Shown here: positions 34,846 through 47,672 of the stretch, one piece after another | Layout: the number at the start of each line of letters is the position of its first letter | Position numbering within the stretch: the first letter of the stretch is position 1 | From: Phoronis australis | Lineage: Eukaryota > Animalia > Phoronida | NCBI GenBank assembly: GCA_002633005.1 | Contig: NMRA01000359.1 | Span: forward strand, 62,001-126,000 | Length of the DNA stretch: 64,000 nt | Direction: 5' to 3' | The notes under the pieces: generated by a model | What the model saw: only the letters and a program-made list of their open reading frames with translations | Databases searched by the model: none | Told to the model about the DNA's origin: nothing | Made by a program: the position numbers and the translations under genes

Positions 34846-35899
34846 TTATAGTCAAAGCGACCACCACCAGTGTACCAGATACATGCGCTCCTTCGCTTCT
34901 AAGAACTTTTTATGCCAGAGATATGTTGTGCCAACGCAAATACATGTAGGCTAAAGGTTGGTGTAAACAGAACAACTCATGCGCGCACTAGCCTTTAATA
35001 TGGGGGGCTCGAATTTCCGAGGATGTGGTACCGAAAAAAAATCGAAGCACTGAAAAAAACGGATACCACGTCCAGAGCTGTGAGATGTGCGTTTGCGCCA
35101 TTTTAGTGGACTGTTTGTCTCGTTTTCTCAGTCTTCTTGTTTCTCTGAGGCCGAACTTTTTATCCAATTCGCCAAATGAGGGCGCTCGTTCGCATGCAGC
35201 TTATTTTAGACATGATAGACACGGTGTTACTTCTTCACGTGTTCACGGAGGAGGTGGTCGCTCACTTTGAACAGGTACACGATACCCGGTAATTTGAACA
35301 CAAATCAACTAAATTTTGACCGACTGGCTATCTTTCACCGAACCCATCGAAATAGTCATCCTTGGCACGTGTGACGACACCACAGGCCGGGCAATCCGGA
35401 TTAAAGAAAACACCTTGGTTCAGTGTCACATATCTACGTTTACTGAAAAAGCAACAAAACTACACTCAACGAGATATCAAAATCTACCAAACTGACTCTG
35501 CATACAGGATAACATTCCACTATAGCTTCTTAGCAAAAAATATAAACATTAGCTACACTAGCAGGTCACTTACAGACTAAACAGAGTAAGCAACTCACTT
35601 ACCAAATTCCAGACAACTTTACACAGTATGAGAGAAAACAAAGTAACAAAATTTCAAGTTACAGAATGTCAAGCCCTGTGGCTGCCAAACCTAATATCTG
35701 TCTCACAAGACTGTCAGAAAACTAATGCAGCTGCTGTGCACCACACCCATGGTCAATCTGAGTACATCTCCATAACAATGATTCAAAGACAATAGCTCAA
35801 TGAAAATGTAGGGGCACAAAAGACACACTACAAGAAGAAGAGGAGACACCTGGTGGCTACACTGCAAGATACACAAACAAAACAAACCCTGACTAATTG

Positions 35900-37130
35900 A
35901 ACTAACAGCACGCATACTGTCATCCCAGCGTTTCTTTCACGGTTCCCTGCATTTCCGATTCTCTTCGCTCCTGACCTCCTGTAGCAAAGATCATACATGT
36001 AGTGCTCTTAGAATCCTAGAGCTCCTGGACAACGTGCGATGTGTGAAAAGGCCCAGTCATTGTTTTCCAACACCCCCAGTAATGCCCGAGGAACAAATTT
36101 CTTGAGAACAATGCTCTGCATGTCGGAAAAAACAATTACCTTGGAATTCACGTTGCTTCGAACTTGGCGCGCTTTCTTTGGAATTTGTAAACAAGATGAC
36201 TTCCACTGTGACGACTGTTGCTTCAGTCTCGGGTTCAAAGTCGTACGTCCCCGGTTCATCAGTAGTGTAATGTAACAAGGGCCCGGTCTCTAATCTTTGT
36301 ACTCGAAACGAACTCGAAACTATTTTTGGCAATTTCTCTGCTCCTTTTGTACGAACTTAAGATAATTGGTTATCAGACTGTGCTCGAATACATTATAATT
36401 TATGCACAGGAGTTTCTAGTTCAAGTTTGCCCTTGAAGACCCTTATATTCGTGCTACAAACTCGAGTAAAAACTCGAAATTTCGAGTTCAAACTCGAACT
36501 TATTGCTTTAATATTGGGTTTACAAACTGTGAACTAAGGACAATGAATTATCTACGTAAGTTATTGTGTACTCGAGCATAGAATAATAGACACTTATCTT
36601 GAGTTCGCCAGAAAGTAGAGTAGGAAATGCCAAACCTAATTTCGAGTTCCATTTCGAGTAAAAAATTGAAGACCGGGCCAAGTTCTGGTTTAGCTCTGAC
36701 TCATTTTTGAGATCCCGGCAAGTCGCAGTGCGGCAGGCCTTCTGTTAACAGCTGAGAGATTGTTGGAACAACTTTGGCAGAAATACGTCTCATGTTCACT
36801 TTATTACACAAAAATGCGCTGAATACTCCCGTAACACATTCTTAAAACGTTGCAAACGTCATGCATGGTTCTTCGTTGGTTTTGTAGTATAGCCGCATCC
36901 ACTCTTCGACATTCTGATGCGGTTTGCTTGTCAACGGTTTCCCACTGCGCCTGCCATCCTTGAAACATTTGTACCACACAAACGCTCTCTCATGGAACAT
37001 GGCATGATTCTCAAAGGCTTCCTGGGGCTGCCGATGTGATACAGCAGCAGTCTTGCTGATGTTGAAGAAAAATCTGATGCACATTCCTTATCGCCTGTAA
37101 ATCAGACATTGCAAAATCAAAGCTACCTGG
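35900..37130 (-). mobile_element. Decayed mariner transposase
   Basis: CIRFFFNISKTA...AF...VWYKCFKDGR (HTH), MRRISAKVVP, TTDE...YDFEPET, QSSQWK...PKKARQVRSNV..VIVFSD...KFVP; interrupted by a MITE. Confidence 0.85.
36280..36679. mobile_element. 400-bp PIF/Harbinger-like MITE nested in the mariner
   Basis: AAG|GGCCCGGTCTCTAATCTTTGTACTCGAAACGAACTCGAAA ... TTTCGAGTTCCATTTCGAGTAAAAAATTGAAGACCGGGCC|AAG; 3-bp TSD. Confidence 0.75.
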
Positions 37131-37832
37131 CTAAATATCCAAGAAGCTAAACGATGCACGCGCGCCACGTGAATTACCACTCACAAATTCGCAAAGGGTT
37201 TCACTTGAGACAGTCAGACCACGAATTTCTCAAATATATGCGTTTGCCCACAATATCCAAACTGCCGGAATTTTGGGTATCTCTCGTATAACTGTTTTGC
37301 GTCAACGACATTAGCTTGAAATCGTATTCCATGCTCTCCACCCATATCATATTTTATTTCGTCTAAGATGCGAAAAATACCTCCAAGTGCCATACACAAA
37401 ACAAACTATTCAATCTTTAGATTGATGATCTTACTCAATAAAATGGGGGTCAACTGTATATGCACCAAGCGCATGGTTATTAGGCTCTAAAAGCGAGATG
37501 TTACTTGTTTGTTACTGCATGTTTATTCTTACTGAGTAATTAGTGAAATTATGCCCAAATGCTCAATGCTCGAGTTGAGATCGAAGCTCATGGTATATTG
37601 AGCAAACGGGTTTACCCCAACTTATTGAGAAGAACGAACATCCCTCGTACCAATACATTTTTGTGCATGAAGTTGATTGTTTTGGTTGGTAACAGCAAAC
37701 CAAGACATTTAACAACAAACCTCTCACATGGTTTGAGACAAACGAGAATTCGTGGAAGGACAAGAAGTATGACTTTGAGTACCTCGTTGTACTACAATCA
37801 CTCAAACCAAAACCTATGTTTCTCTTTTTCAG

Positions 37833-38100
37833 TCATTTGTGAGGTGTGAACTTGGCATCCAGAACATCGGTTACTGCATGATTCTAATGGGTATCGCTAA
37901 CGTGTTCAGTAGTCTTGCTGTTGCTCAAGCTTCCAAGAACGTCCCACGGGAGGCGATTATAGGAGCGGGTACCATCTTACACATGGGTGTCATGGTTTTT
38001 ATGATAATGTGGATACCAACTGAGCACGATACGTGGGTTTTCTTTGTCATCGCCGGAGTTTGGGGAGTCTGTGATGCAGTTTGGCAAACGCAGTGCAACT
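37833..38100 (+). CDS. UNC93A: UNC-93-like coding exon 4
   Basis: ttttcag|SFVRCELGIQNIGYCMILMG...WGVCDAVWQTQCN|gtaagt (phase 1). Confidence 0.9.
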
Positions 38101-39045
38101 GTAAGTAGCTGTAGGTAATTTGACATATAAGAGCTCAACCGAACGGGCTACGCATAGACCGGTGCTTTGGCACGATAATGGTCATATTCTGTTGAGGACT
38201 AGGCCTAATGATCCTCTGTGTGATTTGGGGACGTCTTTTTAGGTACTGGGTCTGTTGCACTAAACCTAATTTAGCAATTTACGAGATGGTCGCTTCAAGA
38301 ATCAAGAAGGACGACCAAGTCCCTTCACATGGAATGACCGACTCACATCGCGGAATATGGAGGGACTTTTCCTTCGATATAACAGGCATTGGGGATCACC
38401 TTTAATTTTCATGAAAAAGGCCGCTTGTGGAATACACACACTATTGTGTTGTCCTCAGTCAATTCGTTTTCCCTCGCGAAGTTCAACAAGAACACATTAA
38501 AAGTAAACCGAAGCAGGTGACTAATCACCGTTAGGATGTCTCTTCAAGCAGGTTTTGAATGTTTTGGCCGAGCACTGAGAAGTATTATTCTGTAATATGG
38601 TGTATGCAACTTAACCACATATTTAGAATGAAAACTAGACATCCATTAAAAACATAGGGGGCGGTTTATCATTTACGTATGTTACTGAAACGCAGGGCAC
38701 CTCGAGAATTGCGTCTATACGATGGACAAAACTCATAACCAATGCTTTAGTTTCGCCCAGAGCGCAGGTGACCTCACCAGAGAGACATGACAGTACCAGG
38801 TCTGTCACCTATTCGAAGATCACCGCAATTTACAACAAGCTTGCGAGCAAATAGTTAGGTGCTATGCTTCCATGGATAATACATCATAACTTGCTGAAAC
38901 TTCATTGGCGTTGTGCCAATGTAAATAGGCCAGAAATCGGTGTAGATAGGCCAATTTTTTTCATAGAAATGATATGTAACTACATCATTACCTCAAAGCG
39001 TTTTCAGAGAGTCAGTTTGAGTCACTAAATTTGTTTTGTTCACAG

Positions 39046-39371
39046 ATCTAATCATGACAGCGTATCCCGATGACCATGAGATGGCGCTGTGTGGGTTTCG
39101 CATGATCCAGTCTTTGGGAGCAGCTACAGGATTTTTCCTGAGCGCTTTCGTGTGCATCGACACCAAATTATATATGATAATGGTTCTTCTCACTGTCGCT
39201 ATCATGTTTTACGTCATCGCCGAGTACAAACTCAAACAACTGACGCCCGACGATCACGTGTCAGAGATTACTCCAACAGCGATGGAAATTCAAGAGCTTC
39301 AAGAGAGACTTCCATATCGACAGACGACATCGTCTTGTCCATCACAAAGTTCAAGACACACTAGCGCTTGA
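39046..39371 (+). CDS. UNC93A: UNC-93-like last coding exon
   Basis: cacag|(Y)LIMTAYPDDHEMALCGFRMIQSLGAATGF...stop TGA at 39369-71; exon sum 2022 nt = 673 aa plus stop, phases consistent. Confidence 0.9.
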
Positions 39372-40499
39372 GGATGTTTCACTCTTGATGCTCACACGCC
39401 CTCCTCCAAACGTGACCGCTGGCTGACACAACGCAGTTATATTCGGAGTTCACTTATTTTTGGCTAACGAAATGACTTTGACGTAGTATTGTGACCTATT
39501 GACTTATATTGTTTTCACGATTTCGGCGCCAATCAGGCTCATGAAACTTGTTAGTTGTCTTAGACTTTTACAAATTAAGGAGTGATGACTTGACTTCAAA
39601 CGAACGTGAAAATGTTGGTTGTTTTGTCTTTTTAAGTGTTTGATACTTTCGATAGCTTTTAGAAGTTGTTTGGTGAGATTGCAAATGGGTTTGAACGTTT
39701 TTGATTATCAGGATAATTTGACATGGTGTATATATTATTGTATTTGTATAGTTTCCAATGACAAAGCAATACATCGCCTAAAACTGTCTTTTCATGTCCA
39801 AGGGAACAAATGAATGGTAAAATGACAACGAGGAAGTTTAAGTTGTTTCTTTCACGCTTAGTTTAAGCCTATACAGTGTACATGGAATAACTTGCTAAAC
39901 GCTGTGCGATAAAATTTATACAATGTACGCTCATGGTACTATAATTCTCAAAATTCTTAAAGTCCGCAGCTCCATCGACCTCAAAAAGGAGCGACCTGCA
40001 CGGTTTGTCCAGTTTCCCAAATGAACAGTGTCCGCAATCCTCAAATTCAAAACTTTCTAAAAGACAGGCCAGTGATTCTTTCAGCACGTTCTAATGTTCA
40101 TGTGAGCAACCAGGGAGCCGGTGGGGGGCTATAAGTGGGCAAAAAGGTCCGCCTCAGAGAAACAAAAACTCCGAAAAAAGTAGAAAACGAGACACAAGTC
40201 CACTAAAAGGCAGGAACTACCAAAATTCGGGGAATGCACAGTTCACACCTCTGAGCATACCCCATGAATTTTATTAAAAGGACAACATTTTCAAAATTCC
40301 GAGAGAGAAGAGGACAATTATCCTTAGGCCACATTGCTAGAGGAAAAGCTCAATTTGAATCCAACAAGTAGTGCGCATGCGCGGCAGCTGAGAGGTCGAC
40401 CTTCGGAATTCTGTGTTATTTTCATCAGTATTTCGTTGCACAAGTGCTTTTAAGGACAGTTTTTGATTCATCTTTGTTATTTATTCTCATGTGAGTCTC

Positions 40500-42200
40500 C
40501 CTGTGTCGAAAACGTGTGAACTGCCACAGAAGAATACATTAGTGTCGGTGTCAGAGGACGAGGTTTCTTTGGATAAAGTAATGGTGGCTATATAAAAAAC
40601 TCACGAGCAAAGTCGAGAGATGAAAACCACCGCAAGCTGGGGCAGGCTATCGCTTCAAATACACTCCTGCTGGGGCACCTCAATGCCGTAAAAGACGATT
40701 TAACTATGGAGATCAACCAACTGAGAGGTCGGATTGAAGTGTTGGAGCGTAACGGTAAACAGACCTCTGTTGCTGTTGACTATGATGAAATCAAGCCAGT
40801 GGTGCCATATAACGTTCCTTGTAAACGAAAACACTGAAGCCTTGGTTAAAGATATTGTTTCCGAGATTGGTCATCCGGTGAACTTAATAAGATCTAAACG
40901 ATTGCCGAGTCGAGTCACCGGTAAGCATGATGGCATAATTGGACTACATTTTAGTAATGTGATTTCTGATTATAAGTTTGTTATATTTGTCTTGTTATAC
41001 ACATCCATAAAATTCCCCTTGGAGATATGGCCCGTGCACTTTTTATGCTCATTTGTTATGTCAGTTGTGTTCTCTCGATGATGTCGATTCTGTATGTGAA
41101 GACATTAATGCCCGCATAAGAGACATGAAATATAATGAACAGAATGTAGATGTAATCCCCAGCAGACAGTGTTTAGATGGTTCTAAACATAGGCATGGGG
41201 ATTCCTCCACAGAATTTTGTATTGACTAAAAGTTCTGTGTTCTCAATGCGCGGGTAAGTCTCGAACAAGATAATTACTATACATTCGTATCGGGAAGGGG
41301 TTCTTCCGTTGTTGACTACGTCGTTATGCAACATAGAAAATTATCTAATTGTCTGAAATTTGAAATTTATACACCCGGGGAATTGGTAGACAAATTTAAT
41401 CTCTTGAGTGAGCTTTCTGTTGTTTGCCATATGCCAGTTCATTTTTACTTGCCCTCGAGTTTTCCGTACATTATGATAGCAACTCTTCGCATTTAAATGC
41501 AGTTGGCATTGATTCCCCAAAGAGATACAAGGTACGGTCAATTCCCGAAGACTTTATGAAATCTGAAATTTTTAATACTGCTATACGAGAATCAATTGAT
41601 TCTATTTTGGTCTGCAGAGCAACCCAAGAAACCATTTACTATATGTACAGTAGGTTTTGTAAGAGTATATTTTATGAGATGGACAGAAAATTATTTTGTT
41701 ATAACTCAAAGAAGGAGAAAAGGGGATTTTTAACAAGCAAACCCTATTGGCGTGCTGAATTGTCCTAGCTTTGAAAAGATGTAATTTTCAAGGAAAAGGT
41801 TTTTAAAATGCAGCGGCTCTCGGGAAGAACGCTCTTTACTTTGACGCCAATTTCAAAATCCTCAGTTACTATTTGATAAAGTTCACAGCATGATCGAAAA
41901 AAATTGAGAGATCAAGCTGGCCTTATAGAGTCTTTAAATTCCAATTAACCCAATAGAATTTCGGAAGTGTATTAAGAAATTGGACCCCTCCTTTAGAAAG
42001 ACGATACCCATGGAGGCATACGATGGTACTGGAAACGTTATTAGCAATAACAAATGTTTTTTAATAACTGGAAGAACGAGTATGAATCGTTATACAATGG
42101 TCCAACTGCAAATAATTTGGACCAGGAATTTTATGCTGATATGCTTCTCAAAAAATTGTTGCAGCTACATGAGCTGGTACTAATAACTGCAATGATAACT
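40500..42200 (+). mobile_element. Heavily decayed CR1/L2-group LINE (ORF1 coiled-coil and APE remnants)
   Basis: MEINQLRGRIEVLE...; DVIPSRQCLD...HGDS..EFC...CVLNAR...YTFVSGRGSSVVDY APE motifs; SKPYW. Confidence 0.6.
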
Positions 42201-44039
42201 AAGTAAATTATAATTTTGAATTTGATTCCAATTTAAAGAGCTTCACGTAACCATCAGTTCGCACCTCGGCCAACTTCGCCCGAGTGGTGTTGGCGTAGAT
42301 GACAGGATCGTGCAGACGATTAGATTTGGTTATGTTATTCGTCTGTATTGAACGCGCGTGACGGCTACACGATAGGGTAACAAGGAGCAACCATATGTCT
42401 ATACGTAGCTAAGCTATATACGTGTAGCAGCGAGAGAGTTCCCAAAAAGTAGTGAGGTGTGAATGCCTTAAAATCTACCGAGAAACAAACAGCAGAAAAT
42501 GGGTTTGCTGTCTGCTATACTTTTACTTGCTACTATTCTACTTTCTATAATGCAGGTAGAGTGCTGGGAGTAACTATACGCCCAAGCAATGGTAGTAAGC
42601 GACTCACATCATCGGTAGACTTTTGTACGTTTTATTGTTCAGTTTGAAATAATAATATTACAGAACATTTTTAAGTCTGATCAGTAGGCCACATGTAGCC
42701 TCATCAGGTGACCTAGTGAAAAGACTGAATTTTTTTGCCAACCGAGACTCGAACGGGTGACCTTCTGCGTCGTTCATCATGTTTCCACTGGGCGACTTTT
42801 CAGTATAGGTGGCGCTGTGTCAGAGGGTAAGTCAAAACCAGTTTCACAAGTGCAAGTGGTCGAAGTCCTACCGAGGATTTCGGAAAAACGCTCATTGGCG
42901 CTTTCTGGTTAAGGGTGATTTATTTGAAATCTCCGGTAATTTTGATTCCTTTCTGAACGAGAGTTCGAAGCACCTCTCATTGTATCATTGCTAGCCTAAG
43001 GTCTTGACATTTGGTAGACTTTTACAACGAAGCATCGTTATGCGGTGTTGAGATAAAATTAAAATGCAATAAATAAGTTCAGAGATATTTATATTCTCTT
43101 CAAAATGATTGTGAGATATTTCCACTACATTTCATTCCTTTAAGACACTTTAAGAGTGTTTGTTGAAGATTACTGAAGCAGCTTCATGCCATATGCTTGT
43201 GGCCGATTTCCTCTTGAAGTCTGCGTTCCAAACTGTCTGCGTTCTCTTCACTGTCCAAGGACAACCTTTGGGAGGCGCTTGCACGCCTAACTTCATGCAA
43301 CGTGGTTTCGCCTCTAAGTTGTGCTTCCGAGACGCTGCAAACAAAGCAACAAATTCAGTGGCTTTCAAGAAAGAATGCTGAGTAAATATTTCTTTCGTTT
43401 ATGAACAGTGCTTCAGTGGGTCAAGAAAAGCTAACTTCAAACTAAGGAACAACAAAAACGAACCAGTGTATGTATTAAAATAGTACCAAAACTCGGGCTT
43501 CGGCGACTTATAGCAGTTTTTGTTAACAGTTATTAAACAATTAGTACCTCTCATGAAGGATGAATCAACAACAAACAACAACAACAAAATTCAAAATCTT
43601 TACGCACAAACCGTAAAAACACAGGATGAGAAGAGTGAATTCTGTTTCAGTGGCAGAGAACCACTCTGAATCATGCAATTTGAGTTCCAGGCCTCTTTAA
43701 TGATTCTGGTCAAGAGCTCGTGAAAGGCAGTGAACTGAGATTTTTTCTGTTCATGGTTTTTCTACAAGCAACATTTCTGACACCAGAGTGTCCCCTCATT
43801 GATACGTGGATCTGAATGTAATACCTATTTTCACAACATCATGGCTCGAGATGACGTTGACCTATGTGACCTTATTTTGCAACTTTTTGAAGGGAAATGA
43901 GAAAATAAAACATGGATATAATACTCACCTGACGTAGAGCACCAGACATGCAACTATGACCAGCAAAGCGATAACATTGGTCGACTTTGTCATTACTCGA
44001 GTTTATTGAGGGTGTCTAGAAATAATCATAACATGGCTA

Positions 44040-46075
44040 TCTTACAAATATGGTTCGAGAACTGTTCTTACGTGGTTGCACAGGTAAAACTTCATTCAAG
44101 ACTACAGTACCTGCTGAGGTCATATTAACGCTGTTTTGGTGGTATCATAAGATGCAACAAGAACGAAGCAGTATATTGCAAACGAGAAATGCTGAAATGC
44201 CTTATTTGACGAGTCGAGTTTTGTTACTCTTCCCAAAATTAAATCAAAACAATCGACCCTCAATATTAAGCCAAAGAGAAGTTCCTGAGTTGAAAGTCGG
44301 ATTACCAAAATAACATCAATCACACCACTTTGTCATTGTCTCCATTCAAGTCTCACCTTAACAACTGACGAAAACACTTTCTAAGCTCGCCAAAGACCAT
44401 TCATGATGCATTTACATTAGAGTTGTTCAGGTTTACATAGCGACACGTAATCTCGTGATATTTACCCACAAACCTGCAACATCCGTGAAGTTGGTCTCTT
44501 AACTTCGTTTTCGCGTCATTGAAGTTTCTCATGATATTTGTTGGTATCTTGCTTTTTTTCAAACTTTTTCCTACTACTGTCTTAATTGTATTTGAACTTC
44601 CAAAGCCAACAAATAAAATTTTGCTACTGTGTCGGTGGCTGAATCTGCGACGGAAGAAAGTTGGATAAACTCGAGGAGTGTCCGTGGATGCGAGATTTTC
44701 TGATATGATTCCTAGATTCAATGACAAATTCGACCTATCCAACTTCAAATATTCCTTATTTCCTGCAACTACACCAGCAATATTTTTATTATTCTTGATT
44801 AAATACGCCAAAATCTCCGCGCACAATATGAAATTGTAGGGAGACAAAGGGTCACCTTGTCTTTAGCCACGCGAAATATTGAACCATGAAGATGGATGAC
44901 CATTTACTACAACACAGGACTTAATATGACTATAAAAGACTTCCACCCACCTTCGGATTGACTAACCAAAATTAAGGAAGTTTTTCAATAAAATTCTACG
45001 ACAATGAATCAAATGCTTTCTCAAAATCAACAAGTAAAAGCAATCCTGATTTGTTAGCAGCCTGGGCATAAAACATTAAATCATATAGCACGCAGATACT
45101 TTCGTTCATCTTTCTTCCAAAAACAAAAACTTTTTGGTTCTTACTGATTCGTTTTCCCAAAGCTCAGCCACAGCCGAAGAAACCAATTTATATGTCACAC
45201 TGAGTAAGGATATGGGTCTCCAGTTTTTCAAATAATGTTTACTTTTATCTGCTCCCTTAGGGATGCAGGTAATCACTCCCTCTTTCTGTGTTGATGATAA
45301 CTGGCCAACAGCAAAACAAGTATTAAGTGAGCGAACAACGAAATGTCCAATGTCAGCCCAAAACAATTTCAAAAATTCCACTGAAAAACCATCAGAGCCT
45401 GGGCTCTTGTTTTTCATTTTTTTCAAGAATTGAGTGACTTCTTCATATGTAAGAAAACCGTCTAATTTTTCTTTTTCTGTTTCATTTAGTTTGGAGTCAC
45501 CAACCTCATCAAGAAGAACTTCTAAAGCAGTATTGTTAGAATGTCTATATTTGTATAGATTTTCATAAAATGTTTTGGTTTCCTGAATAACCTCTTCTTC
45601 ACTATTGGTTTTAGTATTGTAAGATTTCCACCAAAAAGGCATAAACTTACAGTACTTGTGTAATGCCTATTTTCCAAGTGAAGAAAATATCTGGAAGGTT
45701 TTTCACCCTCTTCATAAGACCTCTTACCTTATTTGTCCTTAGCTCCGCAAGTCGAGTATTTCAGTTGTTCCATATCAAGCCTTAAACTTTTTCCAAAAAG
45801 CTTATTTCTTTGACAAGTTTCTGTTGAGCTCCCCCACATTTTCTTTTTAAATAAGTAGCAAAGGAAATTGTTTTGCCGCGAATCTCCATCAACAACGTTT
45901 CAAAAATTTGATCATTTATAGACAATTGTAAATCTGAATTACTTGTACTATCAACTGTCTGAAAGCCGTCAGTCATAAACTGTTGTTTAACTAACTTAAT
46001 AGGATCCTTGACTGCAGCAATATACTCTGAGTTTTTTAAGAGAGAGTTATTAAACTTCCAAAATGATTTCCTTCC
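44040..46075 (-). mobile_element. Decayed L1/Tx1-clade LINE ORF2
   Basis: NKSPGSDGFSVEFLKLFW...GVITCIPKG...KNWRPISLLSVTYKL; LLVDFEKAFDS; QGDPLSPYNFILCAEILA. Confidence 0.85.
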
Positions 46076-47339
46076 TACATGTAATTATTGTAAACGTTGT
46101 AAGACTAAAACTTAAGGCTTTGACTAATTATTTGCAGCTTACATAACTATTAGAGGCCCAGAATAATTAACACGCGTAAATTAATTTACCCCCTTAATAA
46201 TGAATTTTTCCATTAATATTAATATGCTCTGCAAATAAATCATTTGTTCAGAAAATAATAAACGCTGATAAGAATACATGCTCGTCGACTATTAACAAAA
46301 AATTATGCGCATAACGTTCACAAATTCATCCTAAGATACATGTACATACACTAGCGTCCATTGTCATTCTCAAATCGCGCATAAAAGCCTGTGCCAAGGA
46401 AGTTCACTTCCCACACCTTGGTCGTAAGAGTGCGCAGCCAATGTTTTGCCTCACATCGTTTTGGAGTTTTTTCTGTCCTAGCGAGATTAACAATGACAGT
46501 AAAGGTAAGGTAATTATCTCTAAAGGAGCGAATTACAAATGTAAAATGTAGAATACTTCACTGAAATACCAAACTTACCAACTTGTCGAAACGTGTCGAG
46601 TTAATGGCTTGGTTTGACTGTCGAATGACGAATGGTAACCATTTATAGAGAAAAACAAGAACCCGAACGTTCCGCATCTAGATAATATATTCAGTTGTAC
46701 CTGACTCCGTGTGTAGCAAAGGGTACTCGAAGCAGGCGATTCTTCTTCGTTTGTGTGAGAATATTGTTTTGAATCACGAACGGCGATTATGAGCTAAAGT
46801 CGAGACATTGGCCAGATTCCATTTGGCAGTAAAGGTGTACAACCGTCTGTCGGCCAAAATTTGTGTACGCAACGATGACTTCAGGTATATGTTCTTGAGA
46901 GAAAACGGAAATGAGGATGCCGTGCTAGTAAAGAATGGGACTCAAATTTGGATATATAATGCAGTCCAGAAAGAGAACGTTCTAGCGTTACCCTCCGCCA
47001 AACTTTTGAATCAGGCGTGCCTACATGTTTGATTACACCTCATTCAGTCTTCCTAAATTGAAAACACTGCCCCTGGTCGTCGCAGCCTTGACCAGTGCCT
47101 CAGATGTTGTCCCTGCATGAGAGTGATCCAAGAATCGCGATTGGCATTGTTTGGAACTGAGCACATTTGTAAACAATATTTTAAGACTATTCAGCTCTTG
47201 CACATCCTTTAGTTGATTGCTAGGCCTTACATGATGGACACAAATACATGCACACAATACTGTATTCATGTCAGTTCCCACTCATTAGCAGACAATCACA
47301 TAGTAATGAACAGTCGGAGTTCTGGTTTCGGAATTGTGG

Positions 47340-47672
47340 ACATTCGAAGTAGAGAACTTTCGAAGGTAGCGAACCTTCGGAGTAATGAACCTTCGAAGTA
47401 GTGGACTCTCTAGGTAGTGAACCTTTGGAGTAATGAACCTTCGAAATAGTAGACTTTCTGGGTAGTGAACCTTCGGAGTAATGAACCATCGAAATAGTGG
47501 ACTTTCTGGGTAGTGAACCTTCGGAGTAATGAACCTTTGAAGTAGTGGACTTTCTGGGTAGTGAACCTTTGGAGTAATGAACCTTCGAACTAGTGGACTT
47601 TCTGGGTAGTGAACCTTTGGAGTAATGAACCTTCGAAGTAGTGGACTTTCTGGGTAGTGAACCTTCGGAGAA
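47340..47672. repeat. 48-bp tandem repeat built from three 16-bp subunits; second array 49882-50109, inverted degenerate array 53455-53545
   Basis: GTAGTGGACTTTCTGG-GTAGTGAACCTTTGGA-GTAATGAACCTTCGAA units; gives the 16-aa periodic ORF RFTTQKVHYFEGSLLQ. Confidence 0.9.
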